Source of the DNA: an uncultured Desulfurococcaceae archaeon
GTDB lineage: Archaea; Thermoproteota; Thermoprotei_A; Sulfolobales; NBVN01
Direction of reading: 5' to 3'
Length of the DNA: 34,772 nucleotides
NCBI GenBank assembly: GCA_964486465.1
Contig: CAZAMI010000002.1
Location: forward strand, 1 to 34,772
Both the position numbers and the translations under genes were made by a program. Numbering within the stretch: position 1 is the stretch's first letter; each line of letters starts with the position of its first letter. This document shows, piece by piece, positions 1-8,714 of the stretch. The notes beneath the pieces were generated by a model that saw only the letters and a program-made list of their open reading frames with translations, was not told the origin of the DNA and made no database searches.

Positions 1-419
1 CCGCTACGATACTCGTAACTAGGTGATAGTGTTAATCCCGTAGTCTGTACATAGATAACCCCTTCCATAGCTTTAACTCTATCTATGAGTTTTGAAGCCC
101 TCAAGGTAACATTGGTATAAGCGTCTGCAGCATTCTTAAATGGTTCAACATTCTCTATAGTCACATATATTCTAACTCTTGACGGCATTACGTACGTAGT
201 CGCCGTAGCTGTAACTATAATCGTATTAGCTTTCTGATCAAGAATATAGCCTAAACCTGAATACTTTTCATAACCATAGCTAGGTATGTATGTCTGCGCT
301 GATATATAGCTACTCAACTTACTGATTACATTCATGCTCACAGTAGCCATAGCTACAGATGATGCAGCTGCAATTATAACTACTACTAGAAGTATCGCCA
401 AAAGGTACTTACTATCCAA
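1..419 (-). CDS. hypothetical protein with N-terminal hydrophobic anchor/signal; 3' part runs off the window
   Basis: Hand translation of the minus strand is open from TTG (419-417) to position 1, with an in-frame TAG directly upstream at 422-420. The product starts LDSKYLLAILLVVVIIAAASSVAMATVS... (charged head plus hydrophobic stretch). It is absent from the ORF track because it is truncated. No family recognised. Confidence 0.45.
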   Translation of the reverse strand, partial: MDSKYLLAILLVVVIIAAASSVAMATVSMNVISKLSSYISAQTYIPSYGYEKYSGLGYILDQKANTIIVTATATTYVMPSRVRIYVTIENVEPFKNAADAYTNVTLRASKLIDRVKAMEGVIYVQTTGLTLSPSYEYRS

Positions 420-608
420 CTAGATTTCACACCATATACATAGCAATCTCAGAGTAGTTATACCTATGCGTTAAAACAGTATGTACACTAAATTAGAACA
501 CTAGTTGCTGGGATGCAGCATGGAAGCTAAGTTATATCTAACATTGTCTTAACAAAACGTCAGTATGTCAGCATCACTAAACCATTATCTCTGCCACACT
601 CTTATTAG

Positions 609-1178
609 CTAATACTTTGATGGTTTAGCCTCAGCCCATTTATTCCATGGACCTTTAATAACACTGAATAAAATAAGTATGACCGTATACGTGATATATG
701 GTGCTATAGTTAAAGGCCACCAGATATACTTAAAGATCACATTGAGAATTGCTGCTTGGGTTTCTAGGAGGAATACCATAGGTATCACATAAAATATTAA
801 AATATATGACATACCTGTAATTAATGCTGAGATTGCTGGTTTAAGCCTGCGTCTAGTGATTAGGTAGCTATATAAAAGTCCCATGATGGCGCCAAGTACT
901 GAAGCCTGAAGGATTTGAGCTATTGGTGTAATTGGTATGATGAACTTTAATGTGCCCTCGATCTGGGTTAATGTAGCATTAATTACGTCTTGAGGTACAT
1001 TTTGAGACTTTAGTTGTACAATCACTATTTCCCTAACTAGGTTATTAATGTTCCCCATCACGATGAAAACGAACGGTATAAATATTAGTGTTGAGATTAT
1101 TGCAGCAATAATGCTGTTGAATATATGCTTTCCCTCAACCACAGATACTACCTCAGTTGGAAATATAATACATCGCAT
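609..1178 (-). CDS. integral membrane protein, unknown function
   Basis: 189-aa ORF with several long hydrophobic segments (IIAAIISTLIFIPFVFIV, VLGAIMGLLYSYLI, ILIFYVIPMVFLL, ITYTVILILFSVI). No catalytic motif recognised. The start is uncertain because the ORF abuts the divergent gene at 1193. Confidence 0.55.
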   Translation of the reverse strand: MRCIIFPTEVVSVVEGKHIFNSIIAAIISTLIFIPFVFIVMGNINNLVREIVIVQLKSQNVPQDVINATLTQIEGTLKFIIPITPIAQILQASVLGAIMGLLYSYLITRRRLKPAISALITGMSYILIFYVIPMVFLLETQAAILNVIFKYIWWPLTIAPYITYTVILILFSVIKGPWNKWAEAKPSKY

Positions 1179-1192
1179 ATATAGGTTATCCG

Positions 1193-1861
1193 GTGTGCAG
1201 ACTGGATTCCATATTAATGGCTATATCAATAACCATAGCATTAACACCTTCCCTATTAATTCTCACATACATAGCAAGACGTAAGCCCATGTACTGGATC
1301 GACTCCTTACTAGGGGGTGGTGGCTGGTTTATTGCTTTACTCCTGAGACTACCTCTTTTAGGGCTTATATCAAGAATAGACATAATGGTTAGATCGGTAT
1401 TATCAGCATTCTTAGCTGGAATTTTCGAGGAGGGTGTTAGATACGTTATCATGAAGTTTAGAATGGGTTCTAACACGCTATTTACTAGATGTCTAACCTT
1501 TGGACTTGGTTGGGGGCTTTTTGAGGCATTAGTAATATATTGCTTCAATGTCCCACTAATTATAGCTTTAGGGAGTTATACCGTAATAGGCTTAATGGCT
1601 GGTGCAATCGAGAGAAATATAGCAATACTTATCCATGTTACGATGACATTGCTAATAGCTTTATCAATCGCCCTAGCCAAGTTAAGATACTTTGTCCTAG
1701 CAGTAACGCTTCACGCACTTATCGATTGCATGGGCATCACAACCCTCTTGATTAGGAATCCATTAATTATTGAGGCACTTATAGCTATACCTTCAATAGT
1801 TATGGCCTTCATCATAATCAATTATTCAAGGAGAGTTCTTGAGAAGATTCTTAAGAAATAA
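1193..1861 (+). CDS. polytopic membrane protein, YhfC/CPBP-like glutamic intramembrane protease candidate
   Basis: 222-aa ORF with about 7 hydrophobic helices. It carries an FEEGVRY motif (EE..R) in a helix plus later His motifs (ILIHVTM, TLHALIDC), as in YhfC (DUF2324)/CAAX-type proteases. The antisense ORF 1186..1548 is a shadow ORF. The true start may be the internal Met at 1217. Confidence 0.5.
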   Translation: MCRLDSILMAISITIALTPSLLILTYIARRKPMYWIDSLLGGGGWFIALLLRLPLLGLISRIDIMVRSVLSAFLAGIFEEGVRYVIMKFRMGSNTLFTRCLTFGLGWGLFEALVIYCFNVPLIIALGSYTVIGLMAGAIERNIAILIHVTMTLLIALSIALAKLRYFVLAVTLHALIDCMGITTLLIRNPLIIEALIAIPSIVMAFIIINYSRRVLEKILKK

Positions 1862-1866
1862 TAGCC

Positions 1867-2235
1867 TTGATGCGATTTAAGCTTGGTGAAGTTATGTCTG
1901 CAGGAGACGTGATTATTGCTACAATAGATAGGATTCCGGGATACAGGATAAAGAAGGTTTTGGGTGTTGTTAGTGGTAGTGTTGTTAGAGCAAGGAGCAT
2001 AGGTAGGGACTTCCTAGCGGGGTTGAGGAATTTAGCTGGTGGCGAAATTAAGGAATATACAGAACTCCTTGCAGAGTCGAGAGATATAGCCATTAAGAGG
2101 ATGATTGAGAAGGCGAAGAAACTCGGTGCTAATGCAGTAATAGGTGTCAGATTTACGACATCATCAGTGATGTCCGGGGCATCCGAAATAGTAGCATATG
2201 GTACTGCAGTCATCATAGAACCTGAAGGAGAGTAA
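1867..2235 (+). CDS. YbjQ/UPF0145 family protein (heavy-metal-binding-like domain)
   Basis: The sequence IPGYRIKKVLGVVSGSVVRARSIGRDFLAGLRNLAGGEIKEYTELLAESRDIAIKRMIEKAKKLGANAVIGVRF is the characteristic YbjQ fold signature. Size is about 110-120 aa. Confidence 0.85.
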   Translation: MMRFKLGEVMSAGDVIIATIDRIPGYRIKKVLGVVSGSVVRARSIGRDFLAGLRNLAGGEIKEYTELLAESRDIAIKRMIEKAKKLGANAVIGVRFTTSSVMSGASEIVAYGTAVIIEPEGE

Positions 2236-2331
2236 TTTTAATGATCATGTTACTATGGACATAGTCATTTATCGTAATGTGTGAATACTCATTTTTAACC
2301 TTAGGTATAATTCTATTGAAGGGATGCATTA

Positions 2332-3834
2332 TTGCTGTCCAAGCCTATTTCCGACAGACGTATTTGGGAGCACCCAATACTAACATTTAAACGTGGCAGG
2401 AAAGTCAAGTTTTACTTCAACGGCATTGAGGTTGAGGCTTATGAAGGTGAGAGTATTGCTGCAGCTCTCTATGCTTTAGGCATTAATGTATTTTCAAGGA
2501 GCATTAAGCTAGGTAGGCCGCGTGGAGCCTTTTGTATGATTGGTAAGTGTAGTAGCTGTTTCATGAAAGTTAATGGGATTCCTAACGTTAGAACATGCAT
2601 AGAGCCTGTTAAGGACGGATTAAGAGTTGAAGTTCAGGATGGGCTTGCTGAAATACCTTCAGATAGAGAGCTATTCGCAACTGAGGATGAAGAGATTATT
2701 GATGATGTTGATGTCTTAATTATAGGTGGTGGTCCAGCAGGATTAGCTGCCGCCATAACTGTGGCTAAATATGGATTAAACACGGTATTGGTAAACGAGC
2801 ATTTTAAGCTTGGAGGGCAGTTAGTTAAGCAGACACATAAATTCTTTGGCTCTAAAGAACTATTCGGAGGTCTTAGAGGCTTTCAAGTAGCTGAAGAGTT
2901 AAGTAGGAAGTTAGTAAGCTTTAGTAATGTTAAGATACTCTTACAAACTGTAGCTTACGGTATTTTCCGTTATGGTTGGGTAGGATTAGCTAATAAGAAT
3001 AAGCTGTATAGGGTTAAGCCCAGGTACATAGTTATAGCTACGGGTGCTAGTGAGAGATACTTAGCATTTCCAGGTAATGATCTACCAGGGGTTATGGGTG
3101 CTGGTGGTGCTCAGACATTAATGAATGAATACGGAATACTACCTGGTGAGAAGGCCCTTGTTGTTGGTTCAGGTAATGTCGGTGTTATAGTCTCATATCA
3201 GCTACTGCAGGCTGGTGTTAAGGTTGAAGCAATACTTGAGATCCTACCACATATAGGTGGATGGTTCGTCCATGCCGCTAAGGTTAGGAGGTATGGAATT
3301 CCTATATTAACGAGTCATACGCTCAAGGCTGTTTGGGGTCATGATAGAGTTGAGGGGGCAACCATAGTCAAGGTTGATGAGAAATTTAAGCCAATACCAG
3401 GTTCCGAGAGGGACGTGGAATGTGACTCGGTATTATTAGCTATAGGTTTAACACCTGATACTCGACTGTTCGCTCAAGCTGGTGCAATTATGAAGTGGGT
3501 ACCAGAATTAGGTGGTTTAGTACCCATAAGGACACCTTACTTAGAGACAAGTATTGAGAAAGTATATGTCGCTGGTGATTCATCAGGTATTGAGGAAGCA
3601 ACTACAGCCATAATTGAGGGTGAAATTGCGGGTTTAGATATAGTTGTTCGTGAATTAAATAATGTAGAGGCCCGTGAGCGTAGAGATAAGCTCTATGAGT
3701 TCTTATGGAATGAATATAGACAGTCACCATTACTTCAAAGATCTAGGATGGGTAAACTAAAAGTAACAGTGAGCTATGAGGAGATGATTAAGCTTAGGAA
3801 GAAGTTTCCATCACCTATTTCACTATCTAGTTAA
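2332..3834 (+). CDS. alpha subunit of a sarcosine-oxidase/opine-oxidase/dye-linked L-proline dehydrogenase-type complex (N-terminal 2Fe-2S domain plus FAD/NAD(P) oxidoreductase)
   Basis: TTG start. Cys pattern C-x4-C-x2-C-x13-C (FCMIGKCSSCFMKVNGIPNVRTC). Two Rossmann motifs are present (DVLIIGGGPAGLAAA and ALVVGSGNVGV), with GD motif VYVAGDSSG. 500 aa, first gene of a tightly packed 4-gene cluster. Confidence 0.8.
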   Translation: MLSKPISDRRIWEHPILTFKRGRKVKFYFNGIEVEAYEGESIAAALYALGINVFSRSIKLGRPRGAFCMIGKCSSCFMKVNGIPNVRTCIEPVKDGLRVEVQDGLAEIPSDRELFATEDEEIIDDVDVLIIGGGPAGLAAAITVAKYGLNTVLVNEHFKLGGQLVKQTHKFFGSKELFGGLRGFQVAEELSRKLVSFSNVKILLQTVAYGIFRYGWVGLANKNKLYRVKPRYIVIATGASERYLAFPGNDLPGVMGAGGAQTLMNEYGILPGEKALVVGSGNVGVIVSYQLLQAGVKVEAILEILPHIGGWFVHAAKVRRYGIPILTSHTLKAVWGHDRVEGATIVKVDEKFKPIPGSERDVECDSVLLAIGLTPDTRLFAQAGAIMKWVPELGGLVPIRTPYLETSIEKVYVAGDSSGIEEATTAIIEGEIAGLDIVVRELNNVEARERRDKLYEFLWNEYRQSPLLQRSRMGKLKVTVSYEEMIKLRKKFPSPISLSS

Positions 3835-3845
3835 GGTGACCATAT

Positions 3846-4340
3846 ATGAGTGACATACCTAACTTCAGAAGATCTGGAATTATAACTGTTGATGAGTTAA
3901 AGAAGTTAGGTCTCGTACCGCCTGAAGAAAGGCTAGCTAAGGGACCAGTAGCAATAGCGGAATGTCCTGAGGAAATACCATGTAATATATGTGTTGATGC
4001 ATGCCCGTTGAAAGCTATACACATGAACTCTATTAACGATATTCCAAGAATCGATTGGGGTAAGTGTATTGGATGTGGTATATGTGTTAGTAAGTGTCCT
4101 GGATTAGCTATATTTGTTGTGGATATGTCAAAGCCTAATAAGGCATACGTTACTCTACCTCATGAGTTTTTACCAGTACCTAGAGTAGGTGATGAAGTAA
4201 TGTTACTAAGCCGTAGTGGTGAGGACTTGGGGAGAGGTAAGGTGGTAAGGGTGTGGGAGCATAATAGGACATGGGTTGTAACAGTTGAGGTGCCTAAGAA
4301 TTTGGCTATGGAGGTGAGAGCTATATGGGTAAGGAGGTAA
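3846..4340 (+). CDS. ferredoxin-like 4Fe-4S subunit (gamma-type) of the dehydrogenase complex
   Basis: Contains the canonical CIGCGICVSKCP motif plus a second Cys cluster, CPEEIPCNICVDACP. 164 aa. Overlaps the next gene by 16 nt. Confidence 0.7.
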   Translation: MSDIPNFRRSGIITVDELKKLGLVPPEERLAKGPVAIAECPEEIPCNICVDACPLKAIHMNSINDIPRIDWGKCIGCGICVSKCPGLAIFVVDMSKPNKAYVTLPHEFLPVPRVGDEVMLLSRSGEDLGRGKVVRVWEHNRTWVVTVEVPKNLAMEVRAIWVRR

Positions 4341-4639
4341 GGAAGCAACCCATAATAATATGTAGGTGTAGAGACGTAACATTAGAAGATGTGGAGAAAG
4401 TACTGAATGAGGGTATAGAGGACATAGAGAGTCTCAAAAGAATATTAGGTATCGGTATGGGACCGTGTCAGGGCAGAACATGCATTCCATTACTCATAAG
4501 CATACTCTCTAGGAGACTAAAGAAATCGCCTGAAGAGCTCTTGATACCTAAGGTACGCGCACCAATAGTACCTCTACCTATAAGCTTACTACTTAAGTCT
4601 AATGAGGCTCGTGAAGGTGGGGATTATGAGAAGAGCTAA
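4325..4639 (+). CDS. small BFD-like (2Fe-2S)-binding subunit (delta-type)
   Basis: Shows the BFD-like 2Fe-2S pattern: ICRCRDVT...GMGPCQGRTC. 104 aa. Translationally coupled on both sides. Confidence 0.7.
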   Translation: MGKEVRKQPIIICRCRDVTLEDVEKVLNEGIEDIESLKRILGIGMGPCQGRTCIPLLISILSRRLKKSPEELLIPKVRAPIVPLPISLLLKSNEAREGGDYEKS

Positions 4640-5783
4640 AGTAGTAATAATAGGTAGTGGTATATCTGGGTTATTCACAGCTTATAGCCTTCTAAGGAGA
4701 GGCATCAAGGATATCGTAATAATTGAGAAAGGATACTTAGGTTCAGGATCAACAGGTAGATGTGCTTCAGGTATTCGAGCTTCATTCACGTCAAGAGAGC
4801 ATATAGTGCTTATGAGGCATAGCATTAAGTTATGGATTAAGTACTCAAGTAGTGACTTAGGCAAGTACGGTCTTTACTATGATCAAGGAGGTTATGTATG
4901 GATAGCCTCTAAGGATGAAACACTGAAAATGTTTAATGAGTTAATTAAATTACATAACTCATTAGGTGTACCAACACGCATAATAGATAATAGTGAGTTA
5001 AAGCAGAAAGTTCCATCAATAACAACTAAGAATATCGTTGGCGCCATGTTTGATCCCATGGCCGGTAAGTCATCACCCTTCGATACGGTTCATGCTCTCT
5101 ACAACTTCCTTAAAAATGCCAAAGTTAAAATAATGCTATATACTGAGGTTAAGAGAATAGTTGGTAATGAGCCTAATGTTGTAGGTGTTGAAACTACCGA
5201 TAAATTCGTTGAAGCTGACGTAGTAGTCATTACTGCTGGTAGTGAGTCCTATAACCTACTAAAGAGGTTAGGTGTCAATGTACCTATTAAGAACATGCCT
5301 AGGCACGCATTAATCACTGAGGCTTACAGGGAGATTTTTAAACCTTTAGTAATTGATTGGGATACTCCTGGCGTACCCTATATCGTGCAAACTAAGGATG
5401 GAGGTTTCTATATTGCAAGAGATATTGAGGAAGAGCCTGAACTCTCACTGTACTCACAGAGAATAGACTTCATGGCTAAAGCGGTAAAACCATTAGTTAG
5501 GTTCTTTCCATGGTTGAGGAATATTAGGGTGTTAAGATATTGGATAGGTTACTATGTAACAACACCTGATCATCATCCAATATATGGACCTGTACCAGGC
5601 TATGAGAATCTCTACATAGCAACAGGTTTTAGTGGTCACGGCTACATGATGGGGCCAGTCACTGGCGAAGTTATAGCTGAGTGGATAATTTACGGTAAAC
5701 CATCAATTCATGAGGCTAAGAGATTAACGCTAGATAGGTTCCGTAAGGGTGAGTTAATAAGGGAGACAGCTATAGTGGGCTAA
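4602..5783 (+). CDS. FAD-dependent amine/amino-acid dehydrogenase, beta subunit (DAO family; sarcosine oxidase beta / L-proline dehydrogenase beta-like)
   Basis: N-terminal VVIIGSGISGLFTAYSL dinucleotide-binding motif and C-terminal GFSGHGYMMGP typical of the DAO family. The more likely start is ATG 4626 (MRRAKVVIIGSG), preceded by GGTGGGG. Confidence 0.85.
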   Translation: MRLVKVGIMRRAKVVIIGSGISGLFTAYSLLRRGIKDIVIIEKGYLGSGSTGRCASGIRASFTSREHIVLMRHSIKLWIKYSSSDLGKYGLYYDQGGYVWIASKDETLKMFNELIKLHNSLGVPTRIIDNSELKQKVPSITTKNIVGAMFDPMAGKSSPFDTVHALYNFLKNAKVKIMLYTEVKRIVGNEPNVVGVETTDKFVEADVVVITAGSESYNLLKRLGVNVPIKNMPRHALITEAYREIFKPLVIDWDTPGVPYIVQTKDGGFYIARDIEEEPELSLYSQRIDFMAKAVKPLVRFFPWLRNIRVLRYWIGYYVTTPDHHPIYGPVPGYENLYIATGFSGHGYMMGPVTGEVIAEWIIYGKPSIHEAKRLTLDRFRKGELIRETAIVG

Positions 5784-5843
5784 GTTTTATATTATTCATA
5801 AGGAATTTAATCATTTTAGACTACATAACCTTGGTTACACTAG

Positions 5844-6509
5844 ATGGGGATCACAAGTGTTAATGTCAAGTTAAGAAATGATATGATCAAATTCTACATT
5901 AAAGTTATAGATTATATTATGAAGTCTAATACAGTTGTTTTTGAATTTAAAAGATCATTATCTCCTAGGAGGAGAAGTCAATATATTGAAGCATTAGTGA
6001 GTACTAAGTGCTCAATAAGTAGAGGAGGTAAGAACAAGTTAAGAGTAAGAATAGCTTCAGCACTAGATTTACCTAGCCTTATACATAAGGTTGATGAGCT
6101 AGTGGTTCTATGCTCGCTGGCTCATAGCACTACAGGAAGAATTTACAGAATTTTAGGCATAAGTGCAGCTGTAATAATCTCGCTAATAGCTACCGCTATA
6201 ACGGGCATAATCCCCGATATTGCGAGAATGATAATGCTGATAGCATTCATAACTTCTATATCCATAATCTCAGAGGCATTTAAGGTAAGAGTGAACATTA
6301 AGACGCTTAATAAGGCGTTAAGTACTCATAAAATACTTTTAAATACTGATGGCACTTATGCAGAGGCATTTAACGTAGTTAGAGAGATAATTAAGAAAAT
6401 ACTGAGAAGAGGCAGTGAATTAACTCATATAGATATTAATGAGATTCTAGATGAAAGTTTAAGAGATAAGTGTATTGCGATACTTAACATACTAGGGAAA
6501 GGTTATTAG
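5844..6509 (+). CDS. hypothetical protein with central hydrophobic hairpin
   Basis: 221-aa ORF with basic K/R/I-rich ends and two adjacent hydrophobic segments (ILGISAAVIISLIATAITGII, MIMLIAFITSISIISEAF). No family recognised. Start is ambiguous (internal Met at residue 26). Confidence 0.45.
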   Translation: MGITSVNVKLRNDMIKFYIKVIDYIMKSNTVVFEFKRSLSPRRRSQYIEALVSTKCSISRGGKNKLRVRIASALDLPSLIHKVDELVVLCSLAHSTTGRIYRILGISAAVIISLIATAITGIIPDIARMIMLIAFITSISIISEAFKVRVNIKTLNKALSTHKILLNTDGTYAEAFNVVREIIKKILRRGSELTHIDINEILDESLRDKCIAILNILGKGY

Positions 6510-6659
6510 TGTATTAGGAAACTAAACCATTCTATTTAAGTAGTGGAATAGAAAAATAGTGTTCTCGGAATATATCGTATATCACGCATAATTTTTATGT
6601 ATTCTGTGTGGAAACATAAATACCCGTTTATTACTACTTTACTGTAAGGTGTCTAGGTA

Positions 6660-7997
6660 ATGGTTAAATTAATAGACGTTACACTTAGGGATGGGCAGCA
6701 ATCACTTATTGCCACTAGATTGAGTACTGAGGATATAGTTAAGGTAGCTGAATTACTTGATAAAGCAGGTTTCTACGCATTGGAGGTATGGGGTGGTGCT
6801 ACCTTTGATGCTGCCCTAAGATTCCTAAATGAGGATCCTTGGATTAGGCTTAAAAGGGTGAGGGAGGCAGTTAAACGTACTAAGCTCCTAATGCTTCTTA
6901 GGGGTATGAACTTAGTTGGTTATAGGCATTACCCGCAGGATGTTGTTAAGAAATTTATCGAGTATGCATATAGGGATGGTATAGATATTTTTAGGGTTTT
7001 TGATGCATTAAATGACCCTAATAATTTGGAGTTCCCCATTAAGGTAATTAGGGATTTGGGTGCGGAATTACAAGTATGTCTAGTTTATAGCGTAAGTCCT
7101 GTTCATACCACAGAGTACTATGTAAAATTAGCTCAAGATATTGTGGCGAGGTTCGAACCTGAAACAATAACTATTAAAGATATGGCTGGTTTATTGACAC
7201 CATATATAGCCGTGGAATTAGTTAAGGAATTAAAGAGATTAGGTGTTAGGGTTAACGTACATACACACTCAACATGTGGTCTAGCTCCCATGACTTTACT
7301 TAAATCTGTTGAGGCTGGCGCTGATTTCGTTGATGTAGCTTTATCAAGTCTCTCCCTATACACCTCACATACACCTGCTGAATCGCTCATTGCAGCATTG
7401 AAAGGTACAAAATATGATCCTGGGGTGGATTTGGAGGTACTTTATATGGTTTCAAGAATGTTGTGGGAGATAAGGAAGAAGTATAAGGATTACGATTACG
7501 TCTTAAAAGCACCTCCAGTAGATGTTTCGGTTCTTAAACATCAGATACCTGGCGGCATGCTCAGTAACTTGATAGCTCAGCTTAAGGAGCTTAAGGCAGA
7601 TAATAGAATTAATGAAGTTTTAGATGAGGTTAATAATGTTAGGAAGGATCTTGGCTGGCCACCCTTGGTAACGCCAATATCACAAATCGTAGCTACTCAG
7701 GCTGTCCTCAATGTATTAAGTGGTAGAAGATATGGAGCTATTGTTAGTGAGCTAATAGATTACGTGGAGGGCAAATATGGTAGACCTCCAGCACCAATAA
7801 GTAAGGTACTACTTAAACTCATAAAGTCCAAACATAATAGAAGAGCTCATAATCAAGTAATTACTTTAGAGAGGGCTCTTAATGATATGCCTAAAGAGCT
7901 TGTTAGGAAGTTTGAGGATTACATAACTTACGCGCTCTTTCCTAATGAGGCCATTAATACTTTAAGGAAGTTACATAGTATTACGACTTTAAAGTAA
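6660..7997 (+). CDS. carboxyltransferase (pyruvate carboxylase subunit B / oxaloacetate decarboxylase alpha / transcarboxylase 5S-like) without a biotinyl domain
   Basis: Catalytic signatures are all present: DVTLRDGQQS, ITIKDMAGLLTP (carbamyl-Lys motif) and VHTHSTCGLA (H-x-H). The product ends at 445 aa with no AMKM/biotin-carrier segment. Confidence 0.85.
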   Translation: MVKLIDVTLRDGQQSLIATRLSTEDIVKVAELLDKAGFYALEVWGGATFDAALRFLNEDPWIRLKRVREAVKRTKLLMLLRGMNLVGYRHYPQDVVKKFIEYAYRDGIDIFRVFDALNDPNNLEFPIKVIRDLGAELQVCLVYSVSPVHTTEYYVKLAQDIVARFEPETITIKDMAGLLTPYIAVELVKELKRLGVRVNVHTHSTCGLAPMTLLKSVEAGADFVDVALSSLSLYTSHTPAESLIAALKGTKYDPGVDLEVLYMVSRMLWEIRKKYKDYDYVLKAPPVDVSVLKHQIPGGMLSNLIAQLKELKADNRINEVLDEVNNVRKDLGWPPLVTPISQIVATQAVLNVLSGRRYGAIVSELIDYVEGKYGRPPAPISKVLLKLIKSKHNRRAHNQVITLERALNDMPKELVRKFEDYITYALFPNEAINTLRKLHSITTLK

Positions 7998-8714
7998 TTA
8001 TTTTAAGTACTTCTTAATAATTGCTAAGGCTTCTCTTAAATCCTTAACACATAGTCTAGTGATGCATTCCTTGTGTCTTGCTATCTCTATAGCAGTAGCA
8101 TAACCAGCACTTAATGCTCCATAGATGTCAGCTAATGAATCTCCTAAATGTATGGATTCTTCAGGTCTTACATCTAAGAGCTCCGTAGCCATCTCAAATA
8201 TCTCCCTTGCTGGCTTCTTATACACGGATATATTTGAGGATAAGACTAAATCAAAGTACTTAATTATTCTAAAATGTTTTAGTGTTTCAAGTACATCCTC
8301 ATGACTTGAAGCATTAGATATTAGAGCCAGCTTTAAGTTATACTTACGTAGCTCCTTAAGGAACTCTACTACATCACTGTACAATTTTCTAGTATTAACA
8401 GCTGCATTAATCATTATCCTTAATAATTCTTCGACAATATCAGGTTTAGGTGTTATACCTAAGTACTTAAGTATATAGTAAATTCTCAATCTTGAGTTAA
8501 ACTCTATACATTCACTGAAGTATTTCGACCTCGCATGACCCCACGAATTTAAAGCCTTAAACACGTCTTCAAGCTTAACATCGTAACCTAAACGTTTAAG
8601 TCTATTACTTAATGCTTTCATAGACTCTCTTAAAACATTGGATGGTTCTTCACCTATACATGAGCTCTCAAAGACTAAAGTGCAACCTAAATCTATAGTT
8701 ACTGCTTTGATCAT
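7998..8714 (-). CDS. HAD-superfamily hydrolase (atypical motif I)
   Basis: Motif I is VTIDLGCTLV, motif II is LISNAS, followed by Lys in YKKPAREIF and motif IV GDSLADIYGA. It has a cap-domain-sized insertion. Confidence 0.75.
   Translation of the reverse strand: MIKAVTIDLGCTLVFESSCIGEEPSNVLRESMKALSNRLKRLGYDVKLEDVFKALNSWGHARSKYFSECIEFNSRLRIYYILKYLGITPKPDIVEELLRIMINAAVNTRKLYSDVVEFLKELRKYNLKLALISNASSHEDVLETLKHFRIIKYFDLVLSSNISVYKKPAREIFEMATELLDVRPEESIHLGDSLADIYGALSAGYATAIEIARHKECITRLCVKDLREALAIIKKYLK

Noticed and set aside
7150-7159. GGTTCGAACC, a T-arm-like string
   Set aside because: It lies inside the carboxyltransferase CDS (codons for RFEPE) with no surrounding cloverleaf. No tRNA gene could be assembled anywhere in the window.
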